This document shows, piece by piece, positions 1 to 12,749 of a stretch of DNA of 64,000 nt (positions are counted from its first letter, which is position 1; each line of letters starts with the position of its first letter). Below the pieces are notes generated by a model. The model saw only the letters and a program-made list of their open reading frames with translations. It did not search any database and was not told the origin of the DNA. The DNA is from Camelus dromedarius (taxonomy: Eukaryota). The translations under genes and the position numbers were made by a program. The DNA lies in assembly GCF_036321535.1 (NCBI RefSeq), contig NC_087445.1, positions 46,934,001-46,998,000 on the forward strand. Direction: 5' to 3'.

Positions 1-730
1 GGATCACCTTGTAGAGCAGCGTGGCATACATGCTGACAAACTCTCATGGTCATCCCATCCAGATGCATGTGGATTAAATGTTATTTCCTTACACCTTCAG
101 TTGTGATATGGCATCTGCCTATCCCACAGGTCAGATCCCAAGGTGTAGCCAGCCTCAGGGGAGCTTTGAATAGCACAGCACTTTCCAAGTGCTTGTTACT
201 CAGATGCTGAAGCCTGTGATTAACCAGCAGAAACAGAAGTTGGCCCCCAAGTATACCTGTTTCAGTCCAGAAAGGTGAAGTCACTTGAGACTTCTGGTGA
301 GAACTTTGTGTTCCCTTAGAGATAAGTATTTGTGAGAGACCCATGAGGTACTTGAGAGCTGTGGACTATTAAAACTAAATCTGAATTGTAAATCTGGGTA
401 GAGTAGGACCCTTCAGCAAAACCTATGGGTCATTAATTATAGACACTTAACACCTGTGGATGAGTCAAAATGTTATGAATTCTCAGTATTTTCAAATGGA
501 TGGTGAACCAGCTTTGAACACCTCTTGATGGTTCCTGCAGCCCCCTTGTATGTCCTTGAGTTTGGTGAAATTGGTTTAATTAAATCATCAGGCCCAGCTG
601 TGTCTTGAGACTTGGTATTTTCTGCCAGAAGATTCAGCTGTGCACTTTGAGGACTATTTACAAGAGTTGGTGAAGTAGAACAGTGAAGTGTTTCGCTACT
701 GGGGATATCAGTTCTGCTCCAAAGTGGTTT

Positions 731-1072
731 TGTTAGAGGAGAGAGAGACCCCTAAATTAGGAGACCCACCAAAGTGTGGCTCCTGGCTGCTGGCTGTGAA
801 AGAATTCGCAGCAGAGGCAGAGGGATGAAATGGCTGCTTTGTTGCTCAAAAGAGAAAAGGAAAGAAAAGCACTTGAGTGGGTGCACCTAGATGTCAGCCA
901 AGATGACCGGTCGAGACAGTTCCAGCCCCAGACGGGCTGTGGACTTTTTTGGGAGGCTTCCGCCATAATGTCCTTGTTCTGGGGATGATGGAGCCAATTG
1001 CCTTGCCTTGTGTTCTCGTGTGGGCGTTTCCAGTTCTTGTCATGGTGGTCGTCATGGCACTGGTGGGTGTGT
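731..1072 (-). mobile_element. ERV1-type LTR fragment, same family as 24547-25480
   Basis: Starts TGTTAG and aligns by eye with 24547 onward (CCTAAATTAGGAG, GCAGAGGCAGAGGGATGAA, GAAAGAAAAGCACTTGAG, CATGGCACTGGT). Similarity stops near 1072. Confidence 0.7.
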
Positions 1073-1135
1073 TATTTTCTTGTTCCCTGATATCTGGTTG
1101 TCCCTTCTTCCACAATCAAAGAATCTTCAATTTTT

Positions 1136-1290
1136 AACTAGGTCACATGTTTGCCCAGAATTAAGGCTGTATTTCTCAGCATCTCCTGCAATTAACTATG
1201 GCCGCATGGCCAAGTTATGGCCAGTGGGTTGCAAGCAGAATTGTAGCATGACAGCTTCGAGAAACCTTTCCTGTAGGACAGCTGGTATAG
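1136..1290. mobile_element. MLT1-like LTR fragment (ERVL-MaLR)
   Basis: ATGGCCAAGTTATGGCCAGTGGG...GCAGAA resembles the recalled MLT1 motif. Confidence 0.45.
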
Positions 1291-1319
1291 GCCCTTTGCT
1301 CCCTATCAGTATTCTAGCT

Positions 1320-1750
1320 CCAATTAGTCAGTATTCTCCAGAGAAACAGAGCCAATGGGAGATACTTATTTGTTTGTTTATTATGAGGAATTGGCTCATA
1401 ACAATTAGGGAGTCTGGGAAGTCCCCAATCTGCTGTCTGTAGATACTGGAGACTCAGTCTGAGACCAAAAGGCCTGAGAACCAGGGAAGGTGATAATGTA
1501 AATCTGAGTCTGAGGTAGGAGAAGACGAGATGGGATATCCTGGTGAATTCCTCCTTCCTCCACCTTTTGTTCTATTCAGGCCCTCAACAGATTGAGTGAT
1601 GCCCACTCACATTGGGAAAGGGCAGTGTACTGTAAATTCACCGATTCAAACGTTAACCTCATTGGGAAACACTCTCACAGACACATCTAGAAACAGTGTT
1701 TAATCTGAGCATTCCATGGCCAGTTGGTTCTGAAGATAACAGCCATAAGC
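1320..1750 (-). mobile_element. MLT2 (ERVL) solo LTR
   Basis: Matches recalled MLT2 blocks: TTCTCCAGAGAAACAGA, GGAATTGGCTCA, AGGCCTGAGAACCAGGG, TTTTGTTCTATTCAGGCCCTCAAC, CTCACAGACACA. Confidence 0.8.
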
Positions 1751-2292
1751 TCTGTGAGGCAACGTGACTCCATTTTTACTCTGCAGAGAGCATTGCTAAT
1801 CCCAAAAGTACCTTTATCCTTGGCTTAAAATGTCAGTTCATTCCTAAAAACTTTGCTGCTGAGGGGAAGAAAGTCAATGGATAGAAAACGTTTTCTATTG
1901 ATTTTAACGGGAAAAATTAGAATACATTTCATCCTGACCCAAGATACCCTAAACAGTATTCACAGATAGAAAAATATATTAATTAAACAATGAAAACAAG
2001 TATGTAACAAATGGCAATTAGGAAGTAAACGGAGTTTATATGTGAAATGTAATATAATGAAGTTTACAGTACTTTCCAAGGGAGGATAGTGGGAGGGGCT
2101 GGTGGAGAAGGGGTTCTTTGGAAGGTGCAGTCTGCTTTCTGCTCTATTTTCTTCAAAAGTAATTCAACATTTTGGGAGTTCATGATAATCTTGTGATTAA
2201 ACTGTGCTATAAATAAAATCATAGCACAGGAAATACTTCTAGGGCAAAAAAAATAAATCCACAAGTTCTTCAAAACATGTAAAAAATAGTGG

Positions 2293-2464
2293 NNNNNNNN
2301 NNNNNNNNNNNNNNNNNNNNNNNNNNNNNNNNNNNNNNNNNNNNNNNNNNNNNNNNNNNNNNNNNNNNNNNNNNNNNNNNNNNNNNNNNNNNNNNNNNNN
2401 NNNNNNNNNNNNNNNNNNNNNNNNNNNNNNNNNNNNNNNNNNNNNNNNNNNNNNNNNNNNNNNN
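2293..2464. other. Assembly gap / masked run (172 N)
   Basis: N run directly before an L1 3' end. Confidence 0.95.
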
Positions 2465-2867
2465 ACAGGGGTGGACCTGGAGATTATCATACTAGGTGAA
2501 ATAAGTTAGGCAGAGAAAGACAAATACCATATGATATTACATATATGTGGAATCTAAAAAAAATGACACAAATGAACTTATTTACAAAACAAAAGGACTC
2601 ACAGACATGGAAAACACACTTATGGTTACCAAAGGGGATAGGGGAGTGGGAAGGGATAAGTGAGGAGTTTGGGATTAGCAGATACAAACCACTATATACA
2701 GAATAGATAAACAGCAAGGTCCTAAAGTATAGCATGGGGACCTATATTCAGTAGCTTGTAATAACGTATAATGAAGAAGTACATATATATGAATAACTGA
2801 ATCACTCTGCTGTACACCAGAAACTAACACAACATTGTAAATCAACTATACTTCAATTTAAAAAAAA
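2465..2867 (+). mobile_element. L1 3' end (artiodactyl/camelid-type), 5' side in gap
   Basis: GGACCTGGAGATTATCATACT...GTGGAATCTAAAAAA...ATTGTAAATCAACTATACTTCAAT plus A tail. Same subfamily as 51850-52250. Confidence 0.9.
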
Positions 2868-5800
2868 GTCCATGTGTACAGCCCACTAAAAAGTCACAGG
2901 AGATACTGCCTCTTCATTCCTATTGCTTGGCAGTATATGTGGCAGACAGTTCCTATTTTTTCTGTATGATATTGTCCAACTAGAAGCTGCTGTGCTGAGT
3001 AATAAGTTGGTGAGTGTGTCTGTGCCTGAAACAATAAAGTCACAATAGTCCTTCTTGTAGCATATGTCATTGGGTGAAAACGTTGTCATTCTGAAAAAAA
3101 TAAAATAGATGAATAAATAAAAGGAGTCACTGTCTGAAAAGTGGTATAACCTTTCCAGGCCTTAATGCAAGTCCTTACTGAACTGTCATGTGGGGTAGGT
3201 GTGGAGCTGAGCAGGGACAGGTCAGGAATCTCTTTATAGGCATCTTACACTTGGTAACCCCAACCCAACTACACTTGTTTCCTAGAACAAGCAGTGAGCT
3301 AAGTCCTTGTGAGGCCTGGTGAGAAGCTGAAACTGCAGACGAAACTGCGACATCTAGCCTTTTTGCTAGGGCCCAGGGCCTAAAATCCCTCCTGTGTTTT
3401 CTTTCAGCTATACTTGTGGGACACAGGGTGTGTGTCCCCTCACCGGGAGAAAGAACAGGAGAATTCTCCTGTACCTGCTTGCTTGCTTCCCCCGGCTGGG
3501 TCTGTGCTCGTTCTTACCCATCTCTGGGCCCCACTGGAAGCCGAGGTAAGTGCTGCTGGAGCTGAAAGGCATAGGGTGTTGGAGTTGGATTCGAATCCTG
3601 GCATTTCCTTCTCTGAACACTTTCATGTCCTCTTATTCACTTCCCCTCTCTTTCCCTCAAAACCTTCCTCTGACCTTGCATTCTCCTCAAGTTGCATCAT
3701 ACTGTGTTTTTTCTTGGCCAACTTCATTCTGTACAAGTGTTTAATTTGCCATCTTATCAGAAAGACTTTATGTGCTGGACTTAAAGCTCCTGGAATACTC
3801 TTGGCATGTTTTTGTTCCTCTTGCAGTTCACTTACGTTAGGAGACTTGTTTCTCTAGGTCCTGTTTGTTGTTCTGTCTGGATGCTAGCTGCCCTGCTGCT
3901 GGCACACTTTAGGTTGCTGCATCCTGAGAGTGGGGCAAGTGCGGTAGTCATCTCTTGTGAATTAGGATGTGAGACCTCAGCCAGTTGTGAGTCCTTTAAC
4001 AGGCCCCAAGCTGCCAAGGCTAGTAAAGCCTGGGGCATCCCCTGCTCAGGGCCAGAGACCTTGGGCTCTTCCAGCAACCCTGACATGGAAGCCACAGCCT
4101 TGCCCTTCTGTGGCCAGGAATCACCCAACCTGACTTAGCTACCACAGTGTTTCTTTCCTTTCCTGCCCCAACACCCTGGTGCTTGTCTCCAGGACCTCCT
4201 GGTACAGAGGAGTAAAATTCCTCTGCTGCTACATCTTTTGGGACCTTACCGTAGCCAGGGCATTGCCCATGGCCTTTGAGCCTCAGCAGCTGCTTGTTCT
4301 AGGAAATAAGAGTAGCTGGGTTGGGGTTGGGTCGTGAAGCATCATGGATTCTACAGAACAAACTGCCGTTTTCCCAGAATCATCCTCACCTAGAGGAGGA
4401 TTCTCACCTAGAATCTTTAGGATTTTAAATTTACGTTTTAATCTTTGATTCCTCTGGAATTTGTGTTGGTGTTTGGGGAGGAGCCTTATGGAACTAAGAC
4501 CCAAAACAATGAGCCTGGTTATAAGAATGCGGAAAGAAGCAGGACATTGTAACCAGCTGCTGCTGCTCAAGGGCATTTTGGGGCAACACAGCCAGGAACT
4601 GGAAGCAAATTGGACGGAGCAAGTCCTTGTTTCCACCTGTCCCACCAAATAATTTTATCCATTCTATTGATTTTCATTTGGGGGATATTAGAAATGAGTT
4701 CCTATATGGTGTGGTATCATAGCAATACTTTTTCAGAAAGACTGATGATGCCAGTCAATGAAAAGACAAGGAATGTGTAACTGGAGTGGGGTTAGCCTTT
4801 GTTCTTAGAGAAGACAGTTTATGTGATTGCTAACTTAACAATACATCAAGATCATGTAACTTGCAACATAAAAGGATAGGGCTGCCATTACTCAGAGGAA
4901 AAGAAAGGGAATAGAGGACAGCCTACCAAGAAGGTGGGGTTGTTCAAAGTGTTTCTCTATGTCAGTCTGATCAAGCAGTGCTGTTGTTATTCCCAAGGTA
5001 CTTTCAGAAATATCACAGTCTTTCTTTTGCTAAAATAAGAGATGATGCTCTAGACACAGTTCAGTAGCTGCCAGGTGGGTACTGTTGATTAATTTTGGCA
5101 CAGGAGGAAGGGCTGGGGTGGGTTAGGCTGGAGGGGAATAGGCTTGGGAGTAGAAGAATTACCTTCATATGTCAGAAGGAAGCAGATTAGGTGCATTTCA
5201 CGTAGAGACGCAAAGCTGAGTTAGGACTGGAAGGTGGAAGCTACTGGAAGATATATTTCAGCATAATTCAAGAAAGAATTTGCTAGTAGGGCTGAATGAA
5301 ACAGCTAGAATCCAGAAGTAATGAATTCTTTGTCAAGGGAGGTGTCCAAGCAGGTGATGGTTAACTGAGGTCAGGGATACTGGAGAGGAGCTCCACGCAT
5401 CATGTAGCTAAGGTTGAACAAGAGGAAAAGGCCTCTGAAGCTTCCTCTAAGGATGATATTGCATGGCTCCGCAAGTGTCTGAAGTTTGCTTGAGTGGCCA
5501 CTAGATGTCACTCTTGTATATTTGCAAGAGCTAGATTGTACTCTGGCTGATGCAAAGTAGAAATCAGGAACATGACTGACAAACAGAAAGTGAAATTTTA
5601 TCAACACAATGTGCATCATTATCTTGTGCAATTCATTTTTAATAAATATAAGAAAACTTAAATATCACTTGAAGCAAAAATTTCCAGTATTTACTGTATT
5701 CTTAAAATTGGATTCACTTTCTAAATTCTCTTTTAAGTTATTCTTCCAGAATTCTCAGCATTTAATATAACTTGCCATAAAACTGCTTCTGTTCATCCAC

Positions 5801-6770
5801 TGCCATCCATTTTCTGTGTCTGTTGTTCCAAATAGGAACTATGTCTCACTTTTTTCCACGTGGCACATAGCACTGTGTAGCACTCATAATAATACTTCTG
5901 ACAATATCTTACATTACTGTGATGCTTACTATTTGTAGAGCACTCATTTATAGTATCTCATCAAATCCATGTAAAATAAAGTGGTTAGGTTTTTAAAATC
6001 TGAAGAAACAGGCTGAGTGATGGTAAGCAATCTGTCCAAGGTCATAAGTAAGAAATACTTCCCAGTTTTATTGTGCTAAACTATGGAGACTCACGAAATG
6101 CTACAGACTTTATATCTCTTGGTCATTCACATGCACTTGAGCATATTAAAGTCTCTGAGAATTCCCAGAGCAGAGAAACCTGTCAAACATTAGCCCCCAA
6201 CCCCAAAGTCTACAAACATACTTAGCCACTATCTATTTCTATCTGTCTATTTACCTATCATGTATCTTTTTTTTTTCCAGAATGTGAGTTATCTAACAGA
6301 ATACTAGCTTTTTGATTAGGAATTGCTATAAGTGATGAGTGTCAAATTCAAACTCTACTCCGTCTTTTCTTTTTTTATTGAAGTACCGTAATTTAATTTA
6401 ATTTACTAGCAGTGTTTCAGAATGTGCCATGTATCAAGAAAAAAAGCCTCAATTTTTTTTCATAGCTCAAAAGAAATTCAGCTTATCAAAATAGATTATT
6501 CCCACCCCAAATCTTTCTATGTGGTCAAGCTTCTTTGTCCTTCTTAGCATTTCAGACATCTGAATCTAATAAACAGAAGTCCAAGATGAAAATTTCCACT
6601 TCCTCCTTGTTCCCCTGAGTCTCCTGGTGATTCCAGTTGGGGTGGCCACCTCGCTTCTCTGTACTGACTCTGCAGTTTAGACACAATATGGGCCATTAGG
6701 CTTGCTCTCAGTTTCCTGTGTTGTTGGTTCTAGCACGTGTTCGGTGTATCTTCATCATTTAATTAGAGTA

Positions 6771-6776
6771 TTTATT
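6771..6776 (-). terminator. Candidate polyadenylation signal for OR locus 1
   Basis: TTTATT on + (AATAAA on -), ~190 nt after the stop codon. Confidence 0.35.
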
Positions 6777-6961
6777 TTCTGGCATCTGTTGAAGCTGTCA
6801 GACATATGGCCAAAACTCAGGAAATACACTCTGAAAAGTTAAACATCCCTTGAAAATGGACTTAAGGGCAAGAGATTGTTCCAGTTAAGTTGACTTGGCT
6901 TTTGAATGGCAGCTGAAATGATTGAAGTCCTTACTTCCACTTACTGAAAGCTCCTTCTACA

Positions 6962-7921
6962 TCACTGACTGAAGTATTTCTGAGCCACCAGGTACCTCAG
7001 GGCAGCCTTCACATCCTTGTTCCTGAGGCTGTAGATGATGGGGTTGAGCATGGGGGTCACAACCCCGTAGAAGAGGGGGATGAGCTTGTCTGAAAAATCC
7101 TCTTTGTCTGCCTCCAGGGAGTCCTTAGACTTGGGTTTCCCATACATGAAAAATAAGGTTCCATAGAATATTATCACCACAGTGAGGTGGGCAGAGCAGG
7201 TGGAGAAGGCCTTTCTTCTCCCCTCAGCTGAGGGGATCCTCAGGATGGTAGCAATGATGAATATATAGGAGACAGAGATGAACAGCACAGGGACCCCCAG
7301 GAAGATCACATTGGTCACCCCCATGCTGATCACATTGATGGAGATGTCAGCACAAGCCAACTNNNNNNNNNNNNNNNNNNNNNNNNNNNNNNNNNNNNNN
7401 NNNNNNNNNNNNNNNNNNNNNNNNNNNNNNNNNNNNNNNNNNNNNNNNNNNNNNNNNNNNNNNNNNNNNNNNNNNNNNNNNNNNNNNNNNNNNNNNNNNN
7501 NNNNNNNNNNNNNNNNNNNNNNNNNNNNNNNNNNNNNNNNNNNNNNNNNNNNNNNNNNNNNNNNNNNNNNNNNNNNNNNNNNNNNNNNNNNNNNNNNNNN
7601 NNNGAAGGAGAGGAACATCTGCACGGCACAGCCTGAGAAGGAGATGGTTTTCCTGGGTGTGCGGAAGCCATCCAGGACCAGAGGGACCGAGGAGGTTGTA
7701 TAGCAGATGTCAAGGAAGGAGAGGTTCCCCAGGAAGAAGTACATGGGCGTGTGCAGGCAGGAGTCAGACACGGTCACCAGGACGAGGACCCCGTTTCCCA
7801 GCAGGATCATCAGGTACATCAGCAGGATGAGCACAAAGAACGTTTTCTCCAGCTTCGGGTGGGCTGAGAGGCCCAGGAGAATGAACCCCAGCACTGGAGA
7901 GGTCTGATTAGCTTTTTCCAT
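6962..7921 (-). CDS. OR2S2: Olfactory receptor locus 1, OR2S2 orthologue (OR37 subfamily), 319 aa, 241 nt masked
   Basis: OR motifs [25 protein letters not shown] and [16 protein letters not shown]-terminus [10 protein letters not shown] and ECL3/TM7 [37 protein letters not shown] closely match recalled human OR2S2. An extra in-frame ATG lies at 7933. Intactness cannot be confirmed across the N run. Confidence 0.8.
   Translation of the reverse strand: MEKANQTSPVLGFILLGLSAHPKLEKTFFVLILLMYLMILLGNGVLVLVTVSDSCLHTPMYFFLGNLSFLDICYTTSSVPLVLDGFRTPRKTISFSGCAVQMFLSFXXXXXXXXXXXXXXXXXXXXXXXXXXXXXXXXXXXXXXXXXXXXXXXXXXXXXXXXXXXXXXXXXXXXXXXXXXXXXXXXXLACADISINVISMGVTNVIFLGVPVLFISVSYIFIIATILRIPSAEGRRKAFSTCSAHLTVVIIFYGTLFFMYGKPKSKDSLEADKEDFSDKLIPLFYGVVTPMLNPIIYSLRNKDVKAALRYLVAQKYFSQ
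7363..7603. other. Masked run (241 N) inside OR locus 1
   Basis: Length preserves the 960-nt CDS exactly relative to locus 2 (offset 13440 at both ends). Confidence 0.95.
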
Positions 7922-8189
7922 GTAATATCCCATCTGTCGTGAGCAAAGTACAAAAGCAGCACATCAGGCTTTCTTAAGAAGAGTCCCAGGCATCTGGTAC
8001 ATGGTCAAGACCTGCTGCATAACAGGAGAGCGTGTGTGTCTTAGAGAAAAATGACCACAAGAGACAGTAGGTGTCCTCAGCTCTTAGATGAGAGAAGGTC
8101 AGAGCTGGAGCAGAGCTTTCAGTGGGCCAGGATTGGGTGAGAGTGTCCAGCAGTCTCACTATGTGAGGGGTTTCTCTCGTGTTGCTGCA

Positions 8190-8310
8190 TCCTCTCATTG
8201 CCCATCAAAGCAGCGGAGGCCTAGAGAGGGAAGTGACCTGTTCAGGTCTTCTAAGTTGGTGACAGAGACCGGACTTGAACCCAGGGGAGCTGATCCCCAG
8301 CCAAGGAGAG
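8190..8310 (-). mobile_element. MIR SINE fragment
   Basis: GAGGCCTAGAGAGGGAAGTGACCTG...GGACTTGAACCCAGG, a typical MIR core. Confidence 0.6.
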
Positions 8311-9505
8311 CTTTTCCTCTGTCTTATGTTTAATGGCTGGAAAATGCTATGAATAATTTCTCTTTAATGTAAATATACAGAAATTTGATTTCATCTGAGT
8401 TTTCTTAGATTCTCAGGGAGGAAAATCCTCAAGCTGATCCAATTCTTAGAAGCAGCAAATTTTAAAGCCTCCTTAAATTTTGATTACATTTGGAAGGAAC
8501 TTGTATAAAAGTGTTAATCCACTTCCAGAGAGAAGCAAGCCCAGATAAAGGCTCAGCCATATTGAGGAAGACTTTTCCAGTCTGCCCACCATCAGTGACA
8601 CAAACTTGACTGTCATCAGCATTGGGATCTGCCTATTTTAATACAGATTGACAGCAGTATATGAGGAGGTTCCTATATGGGGAGGAACTTTATGATGTCA
8701 ACACAAGTATTGACTGGAGTGATTGAACCTTGCTCTGGGATGACAGCTGTGCAGCTTACTGACCAGTTGACTCAGTGATTAATAACCATACACACTACAG
8801 TTAACAGATAGGAGACCATACAGCATCAACTTCTAACCTCATCTCACTGGGATATTGGTGAAATTTGTAGCTTGGAGGTAACTTAGGAATTTTTTTTTCT
8901 TTGTCCTTTTATGCTTGTATTTTATTCTTGTGTAATATTCCGGCTCTCTGACCCCATCCTTGTGTTCCATACAGGCAGCTAGCTTATAGGGAGACCTATG
9001 TGTCTTTGTGTAGAGGGTTTCTAGTCTTTTAGCTGCAATTGCTCAGACGCTAAATCCAGAATCCTCATTGATAATATTTCTCTAGCTCTTTCTTAATTGC
9101 AGTGGGGCGTATGTGTAGGAGTGGGTGGACGATGGAGGATGAGTGGTTAATACTAATGAGCATCTACTCTGTACCATATTTTTTGAAACATCCCATGGAG
9201 AAGATATTGTCATTCAAGGTTTATGGAGCAAGTCACCAAAGCTCAGAGGAGCAAAAGATTTTGCTCTGTAGGGTGGAATGACAGAGCTGGGGTTAAATTG
9301 CAGGCCCCAATTCTGAGTTCTTTTCACCAAATAGCTGCCTTGATGTCTTGGTGCACAGATTTTTAAAAGATCCTGTCTCTCCAGTACCAGCTCTGTGTAT
9401 TCTCTGATCCATCTCTTTGTTCAGCACGCTGTTGCCTCACTCATCGTGAAAGAATTTATGTGAGATGTATTGTCAGGCATTTCAGCTCCTGCCCTGAGTT
9501 GAACC

Positions 9506-9731
9506 CAGTCTCTCAACCTCAGCACCATTGACATTTTGGGCTGATCATCCTTTGTTGTGGGGGAACAGTCCTGTGCACTGTAGACTGTTTAGCTGCACCC
9601 CTGGCCTCTACCTACCAGTTGCTAGTAGTACCCGCTCCCAGAGTTGTAACAACCAAAACTTTCTCCAGACATTGCTAAATGTTTCTGGGGGGCGAGCGGT
9701 GTGCAAAACAGCACCCAGCAGAGAACCATTG
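9506..9731 (-). mobile_element. MER20 (hAT-Charlie MITE), near full length
   Basis: TCTCAACCTCAGCACCATTGACATTTTGGGC...CCTGGCCTCTACC...CTCCAGACATTGC...GAGAACCATTG matches the reverse complement of recalled MER20. Confidence 0.85.
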
Positions 9732-10480
9732 ATCTAATCCAGGAGAAGTCTCCCCCAGTATGCAGTTACGGATTTCATCGTATTTCCTGTACAAGCCTGT
9801 TACCTCCCTGCCTTGCCTTCTGGCTCAGCACGTGAGGGTGTTCCTGATTGCTCAGCGCAAGCCCACCCTGGGTGCCCCGCCATGAACTCCTGCCCCAGCG
9901 GATCTCATTCCTCCCAATGGCTCTCCCAGCCCCTCCAGGAAATGAAAAGTAAACATTACGGTCACTGTCACAAACAAAATTCAATAATGACAAGGACATG
10001 CTGTACTTACAGAAGCCAAGGAAGGTGGCTACTGTTAGAGAAGCCCTTCTGTCCACTGCCCTCAGACAGATCTTCGCACACAGAAGCCCCTGCCCATGAA
10101 TAATGTGGTGTGGGCATGAATGAGGTCCAGGATTTGACCTGTGTGAGAGCTGCATCCGTGGAAGTCTTAGTGCCTATCATATGAAAGGTGCTAAATAAAA
10201 GTTGGTTTAATTGGGACAGACTGAACATCTAGGAAGACCTTGCACATTGAGACCAGAGCTGTGGGACCTGCCCCTGCCCGTGACATGGATCTTCTATGTC
10301 GCTTGAGCAAGTCCCTTCTCCTCCCGAGGCCTCAGTTTCCCCATGTGCATTATGAGAAGGCTGAATTTGGTGCTTCTCTGGGCATCCTGACTCTCGTGGA
10401 CTGCCCTGTGCAGGGAAGCAGCAGTCCTTGGTGAAGGTGGCTACTCACTCCTTCGGGTGTGGGGAGAGGGTATATGTGTT

Positions 10481-10504
10481 TGTGTGTGTGTGTGTGTGTG
10501 TGTG
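10481..10504 (+). repeat. (TG)12 microsatellite
   Basis: Read directly. Confidence 0.95.
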
Positions 10505-10829
10505 AAGAGGAGATCTGAATGCCTGGTTTCCCATCAAGGAATGGTCACCAGGAAGTGCTGTGTCAGGTTTTGGAGGGGACTCAGAAGGGAAGAAAACAGA
10601 GCTCTGACTCCCACAGCCCATGAAAGGAGTGGGGAGGCCAGGCAGGAGCAGGGAGAGGAAGGGAAGCTTTCACTTTGTGCCCGTACCTGTAGGTGTGGCT
10701 CCCGGCTTGTCCCAAAGGCCTGGTCTTGCTGTGGTCCTGTCCCTGCCTGTCTCTGGAGCCAGCAGGCAGCTGAGGAATGGGAGGCAGCTCAGTGTGGTCA
10801 AAAGAGCCGCTTACACGCTCATACAGCTT

Positions 10830-11280
10830 TTCTGAGGAGCTGTTTGCCTCGAAAGAGGGAAAACTTGAAAAACCTGCATATCCATCACCTCAGCAATTCC
10901 AGCTCTGAGAAATAATTGTACGGAATCCATGAGAGTGGAGGGCCAGTATCTTGGAGTAAAGGCTCTTACCACAGCAGTATTTGCGAGCAAAAAATGGGAA
11001 AAATCACCATCCACTAATAAATGCCTAAGTAAATTATGCCATTTCATATAATGGAATGACATGAACATTATGTTTGTAATTTTTTGTACTATAATATTAT
11101 TCCACTATAGTGATAAATGAGAATGGAGAATAGGAAATTGTACACACCGTTACAATCTCAATTAGGTAGATGATATGCGTGGCTAGAAGTGACTGAAAGG
11201 AAATTACAGCAAAATCAGCGGTTTTGTACCTCTTTGTACCTCTTTAGTATGACCAAATTTTCTCTTAATACAACAGGCAC
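10830..11280 (+). mobile_element. Old L1 (L1ME/MC-type) 3' region
   Basis: CAGCAATTCCA...CACAGCAGTATTTG...GTAAATTATG...TATAATGGAAT, degenerate L1 3' motifs. Confidence 0.55.
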
Positions 11281-12067
11281 AAGTTACTTTGTAGTCAGTG
11301 GATAAAAATCTTAGTATTTATCAAAGGAAAGTGAGAAAAATGGGAAGAAGTAGCCACAGAGTGGGAACCACATGGACTAGCCTTGAGGCCCACCAGTCTG
11401 CTCACCCTCTGACCCAGAGGAAGCCCCATTCTTCTGAGAAATCTCTGCAGGAGGGGCTGGGGACCCCTCCCGCTCCCCTCCCTGGCTCCTCGTGAGGATG
11501 GAGCAGCAGGGCAGGGGCTGGATCAGTGGTGAGCACTGGAGAGCGTGAGGGCCCGCCTGGCATTTACTTCTGGTTGCTGCTCCCTGCTGTGGCACCAGCC
11601 ATGGGATGGTGTCTTGGAACAGAGGGAGGGCTAGGCGGAAAGTCTGTACAGGAAATGCTCTACAGAAGGCATGGCCACCACCTCTGTCCCCGCCACAGCC
11701 CAGCTCTCCCCACCTGATTCCTGCTTGTGGCCGCTGTTCTGAGTCCCCTGATCCCAGACACAATCCTCAACTGCTGACTGAACGCCGGGGTGAGAGCCTG
11801 GATACCAGAGTAATACCCAGACACTCCCCTGCCTGACTTCCTTTACCTCTGAGACCCTCTTTCTTCTTTTTCATCCAAAGTCCTTGTGGGAACTTTAGCC
11901 TCTTGTGGGTGTTTCCTTCCTCCCAGCTTTGTCGATGAGCCCTGGGCATCTCTGCTACAGACTTTTCATGTAGAGAACCTCTCATCTTGGTCTGAGGCCC
12001 AGGAATCCCAAGAGCCTATTTCCCCAACAGTGAAGAGAGTCCTCAGGCTGCAGCCATGGACTCCTAC

Positions 12068-12187
12068 GGGGACCCTTCTAGTCCCAGAAGCAATTTAAAG
12101 TTTGGAATGTAAAATGTGCACAGGGTGCAGGGGCCCAGCCTACCTGGGGGCTCCAGGGACCACATCCCCCCAACCCGTCACAATTAG
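12068..12187 (-). promoter_or_regulatory. OR37 promoter module upstream of locus 1
   Basis: GGGACCCTTCTAGTCCCAGAAGCAATTTAAAGTTTGG at 12068-12105 and CAATTAG at 12181-12187 (TAATTG on -). Homologous to five other copies. Confidence 0.75.
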
Positions 12188-12659
12188 AGACAGTGACAGG
12201 GACATGGCCAACTGGAGGCGGCGAGGGGAGCACAGCAGATGCTGGCCTCCTCCTGAGCCTTTCCTGGCATCTCAGAGAAGCCAGTGTTTGCTTCAGGGAC
12301 AGAGCACCTTGTCCCCAAGTTGAAAGACTAGACACCCAGAATGGAGAGGCAGGACAGATGTCTAACAGCAGCAGCCACTGCAGAATTAGCTGCATTCATT
12401 GAGGCTCCCCCGCGTGCTGGCCACCATGATAAGTGCTTCACACATATTATATAAGTTCAGTAAAATCCGGCAATACATATATATTGAGTGTCTACTTCCA
12501 GTCTTCCTGGGAGATCGTTTTACTATCCCCCTATTTTTTTTTTATTTGAGGGACCAAGCTTTAAAAAAATTAAGCAATTTACCAAAAACCACATGTCTTG
12601 TGAACAGCTGAGCAGGGATTTCAATCTCAGTACATCTAATTCTTTTTATCACCATTGAT

Positions 12660-12703
12660 ATCATCATCATCAGCAGCAGCAGCAGCAGCTGCAGCAGCAG
12701 CAT
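12660..12703 (+). repeat. Compound trinucleotide repeat (ATC)n(CAG)6 CTG (CAG)3
   Basis: Read directly. Confidence 0.9.
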
Positions 12704-12749
12704 CACTGTTATTTAATAGGTCTGGCTTGTACTTGGAACTAACTTCATA

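Noticed and set aside
10457-10915. 152-aa ORF with a CVCVCV run, and other 60-170 aa intergenic ORFs
   Set aside because: They derive from microsatellite or transposon sequence, many begin at non-ATG codons, and none shows splice-supported exon structure or homology I recognise.
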